From Calditrichia bacterium (GTDB taxonomy: Bacteria > Calditrichota > Calditrichia > RBG-13-44-9 > J075): a DNA stretch of 64,000 nt. Positions 61,671 to 64,000 of the stretch are shown here, one piece after another. The stretch spans positions 32,001-96,000 of the forward strand of contig JBOEGD010000010.1 of the NCBI GenBank assembly GCA_050633245.1, given 5' to 3'. The notes below the pieces were generated by a model that worked only from the letters and a program-made list of their open reading frames with translations, did no database searches and was not told where the DNA came from. Made by a program: the position numbers and the translations under genes. Numbering within the stretch: the stretch's first letter is position 1; each line of letters opens with the position of its first letter.

Positions 61671-62177
61671 ATGAGTTATGGCAAGAAAATTGCCGAAACC
61701 ATACGCGATGGAGATAATAAAGCGCTGTACACTGATCCGAAGAAAAAGATTACTTATTACAATCATGAAGAGGGTAATCTAAAATTTCAAGTAAAATTCA
61801 GAGAGTTTGGTAAGTTCGGTGTAGAGCTTGACACTATAACCGTCAGCAGCACGAAGCCGCTGCCGAATTTGGATGTAAGTCGGCAATTAATTGAAGAGCA
61901 AGCCGAAAAGGTGCAGGAAAGCATCACGTTTCTGCCGGAAAATTTTCGGCTGATAGAAATGGATCATACGGTTAAGAAAGCGCAGCTACGAAGCTATCCT
62001 CCCGTTCAGGAGGAAGATTCAAAATATTATCATGAAGTCGTGTTAGAAGACGGCAACAACGCTCATTTTCAACGCTACCAGTTTTCGCGCGAAAAGAAGC
62101 GTTATCAGAAGGTAAACTCACAGCTTACACGTGAGTCATTTGAAAAGCTGATCGATACATTTGCAGATTTATTTTAA
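61671..62177 (+). CDS. Hypothetical protein, last gene of the prkA operon
   Basis: AAGGGG RBS, 31-nt gap after spoVR, and a terminator immediately downstream. Confidence 0.75.
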   Translation: MSYGKKIAETIRDGDNKALYTDPKKKITYYNHEEGNLKFQVKFREFGKFGVELDTITVSSTKPLPNLDVSRQLIEEQAEKVQESITFLPENFRLIEMDHTVKKAQLRSYPPVQEEDSKYYHEVVLEDGNNAHFQRYQFSREKKRYQKVNSQLTRESFEKLIDTFADLF

Positions 62178-62567
62178 GTCTTTATTGCTCCGGAGCCTTG
62201 CTTCGGAGCGTTTTTTTATCCACTCCCCTATTCCCGCCACTGCCATTGCACCTATTAAATAGAAAGGAAAATCAATCCACGAAAATGTGCTGCCCAAAAC
62301 GAGCCTGCCTGCCTGCGTGGCGCGAATCGTTTCCAGAAAGAGCGGATGCCAAAGCTGTAGGAACTCCACACCACACGTCACGATAAATGCGGCTCCGGCT
62401 ACCTTCAGCGGCGACAATTTCGGTCGCAATGTCAAAGCAAGAAATCCCCACCACATCACGTAGATCGCACCACCAAGATTTGCTGCAACCCAGCCGGGAA
62501 GGCTTTTTGAGAACAAACCAATTGGAACACACAAAAGTGCGAGCAGTGCAAAGCTAGTTCTTGGCAA
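62169..62567 (-). CDS. DUF2809 family membrane protein
   Basis: VEFLQLWH...IRAT..GRLVLGSTFSW.D...Y.IG. Confidence 0.8.
   Translation of the reverse strand: MPRTSFALLALLCVPIGLFSKSLPGWVAANLGGAIYVMWWGFLALTLRPKLSPLKVAGAAFIVTCGVEFLQLWHPLFLETIRATQAGRLVLGSTFSWIDFPFYLIGAMAVAGIGEWIKKRSEARLRSNKDLK
62187..62218 (+). terminator. Intrinsic terminator of the prkA operon
   Basis: GCTCCGGAGC-ctt-GCTTCGGAGC followed by G and a T-tract; overlaps the 3' end of the convergent gene. Confidence 0.7.
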
Positions 62568-62611
62568 AAAAAGACCCGTCCCGGTGCTACAGATTTTAGA
62601 TGCACTTTTCT

Positions 62612-63667
62612 CTATTTTTCGCGAATAGAGGCAAAAGCAATTAGAGATAAATCACAAGAAATAATCGCATTTTTACCAACGGCTATTACTTGTTGGTTTT
62701 GGCCATTATTGTCCATGGAATGAAGCGTCCGGTTTTTTCCAGACCAGTATAATATCTTACTGCCGTCAGGTGAGATACTAAAGCCATCGCCCCCACCAAA
62801 ATTAAATCCATTCATTAACTCAACATAGTCTGTTCCATCACTACGCATTGATACCAACAAATCAGGTGAGCCCTCTTTTGTATAAACAATTCTTTCCCCA
62901 TTTTGCGAAACGTAAACAGGGTTTACAAAACAGCATTCTGTATCAAGAATTTGTTTATCATTTCCGAAAATATCGATACTTAATATTGAATCAGTAAAAG
63001 CACCTGCTGAACTTTTGCCTAGATAAACGATGCGGCCTGTATCGCTAAAGTGCGGATATCTATATCTTCTTGACGTGCTTTGCACACCTTGACTTGTTAA
63101 AACCGTATCTGTTTTCATAGTAGCAAGGTTGACTATCTCAAGCGTCTCCAAATTTACATCTTTTCTCTCCCCTGAAAACACTAAATATTCGCTATCTGGT
63201 GAAAAAGATGGATACTGATAAATAGTATTAGCTGAATTTGTGATCTGCTTAAGATTTAAACTGGATAAATCAAGAAGATATATCTCCCAAAGGATATCCG
63301 GATCTTTTGGCTTTAGAGAAAAAGCCAGGAAACGTTTATCAGGTGAAACAGATACATTCGAATTAATATCTCCAAGATCCGTTGGTATTATATAAAGCGT
63401 TCGAATAGCTGAAAAATCGGTTGGGATTTGTAGAATGAATCTCCCGTTGGCTGATATAATAGAAGAATCGTTTTTTCCAAAAAATAAGATACTGCTATCA
63501 AACCCTCTATTCTGCGAATCCTGCAACAATCTGGTTTCATTGGTTGAGATCTCTTTAATAATAAGAGGAAATTTGAATTCTGGTCTCGTAACTTCAGATG
63601 GCTGAGAGCACGCAAGAAGAAAGAGAGTAAAACAAATTAAATTTATGTTTAAGATTCTATCAAACAT
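62612..63667 (-). CDS. TolB-like (PD40 repeat) beta-propeller lipoprotein
   Basis: Lipobox LLAC; repeated SPD/SQNG motifs (VSPDKRFLAF, PSFSPDSEYLVF, ISPDGSKILY). Confidence 0.75.
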   Translation of the reverse strand: MFDRILNINLICFTLFLLACSQPSEVTRPEFKFPLIIKEISTNETRLLQDSQNRGFDSSILFFGKNDSSIISANGRFILQIPTDFSAIRTLYIIPTDLGDINSNVSVSPDKRFLAFSLKPKDPDILWEIYLLDLSSLNLKQITNSANTIYQYPSFSPDSEYLVFSGERKDVNLETLEIVNLATMKTDTVLTSQGVQSTSRRYRYPHFSDTGRIVYLGKSSAGAFTDSILSIDIFGNDKQILDTECCFVNPVYVSQNGERIVYTKEGSPDLLVSMRSDGTDYVELMNGFNFGGGDGFSISPDGSKILYWSGKNRTLHSMDNNGQNQQVIAVGKNAIISCDLSLIAFASIREK

Positions 63668-63697
63668 TGAATTGCCATTTTATAAATCGAACGAATC

Positions 63698-64000
63698 TCA
63701 ATCACTTTTTCTCGTATAGACACGTCGATGCGTCAACTGCCAGGCTGCACCGGCTCGCGGACGCATATAGCTCTCACTGACAAAGCCCGTTTTGGTCACA
63801 TCTTTTATAAGATGTTTTACACTAAGCGTTCTGGTCTTCAACTCTCGCTGCCACATCACATTCAAGCTGTCGCTTTTAAACGTTCCTTCCAACAGCATCG
63901 GGTTTGCATGATTACTGTCCAGCCATAGTTTAGAGACAGTTACGGAATCCTTCCACACGTGCAGCGTTTTAAACTGCAGCTCTGCGCCTTTTAGTGTACC
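63698..64000 (-). CDS. 5'-truncated hypothetical protein (possibly DUF1579-like beta protein)
   Basis: Frame is open to the window end (GTLKGAELQF...); ends W....VYTR. Confidence 0.5.
   Translation of the reverse strand, partial: GTLKGAELQFKTLHVWKDSVTVSKLWLDSNHANPMLLEGTFKSDSLNVMWQRELKTRTLSVKHLIKDVTKTGFVSESYMRPRAGAAWQLTHRRVYTRKSD

Overview
A gene-dense bacterial chromosomal window of mostly housekeeping genes. Several markers (short RpoD-like sigma lacking region 1.1, eukaryotic-type citrate synthase, orphan GroES, TonB receptor, Omp85) suggest a diderm of the FCB supergroup, possibly Calditrichota/KSB1-like; this is inference. Core content: pqqL, rpoD-like sigma, glmM, pdp, tig-clpP-clpX-lon, pruA, purM/purC/plsY/gpsA, fadD, degP, rsmE, hinT, clc, citrate synthase and prkA-yeaH-spoVR. 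Accessory content: a FecA-like receptor, an ECF sigma/anti-sigma/Spy cluster, two multiheme cytochromes, a GtrA/GT-C pair and a two-component cluster. I found no rRNA, tRNA, CRISPR array, transposase or integrase. The most notable signals are non-coding: (1) a four-helix-bundle gene bracketed by inverted heptamer-based repeats, with related heptamer arrays elsewhere; (2) a TonB-receptor gene with a Fur-like box flanked by two identical 41-bp hairpins; (3) a duplicated ECF promoter motif; (4) a candidate four-way-junction leader RNA and a possible fourth gene in the prkA operon; (5) a ~107-nt rod-like hairpin after the sigma gene. Several CDS starts were moved from the ORF track to RBS-supported codons.
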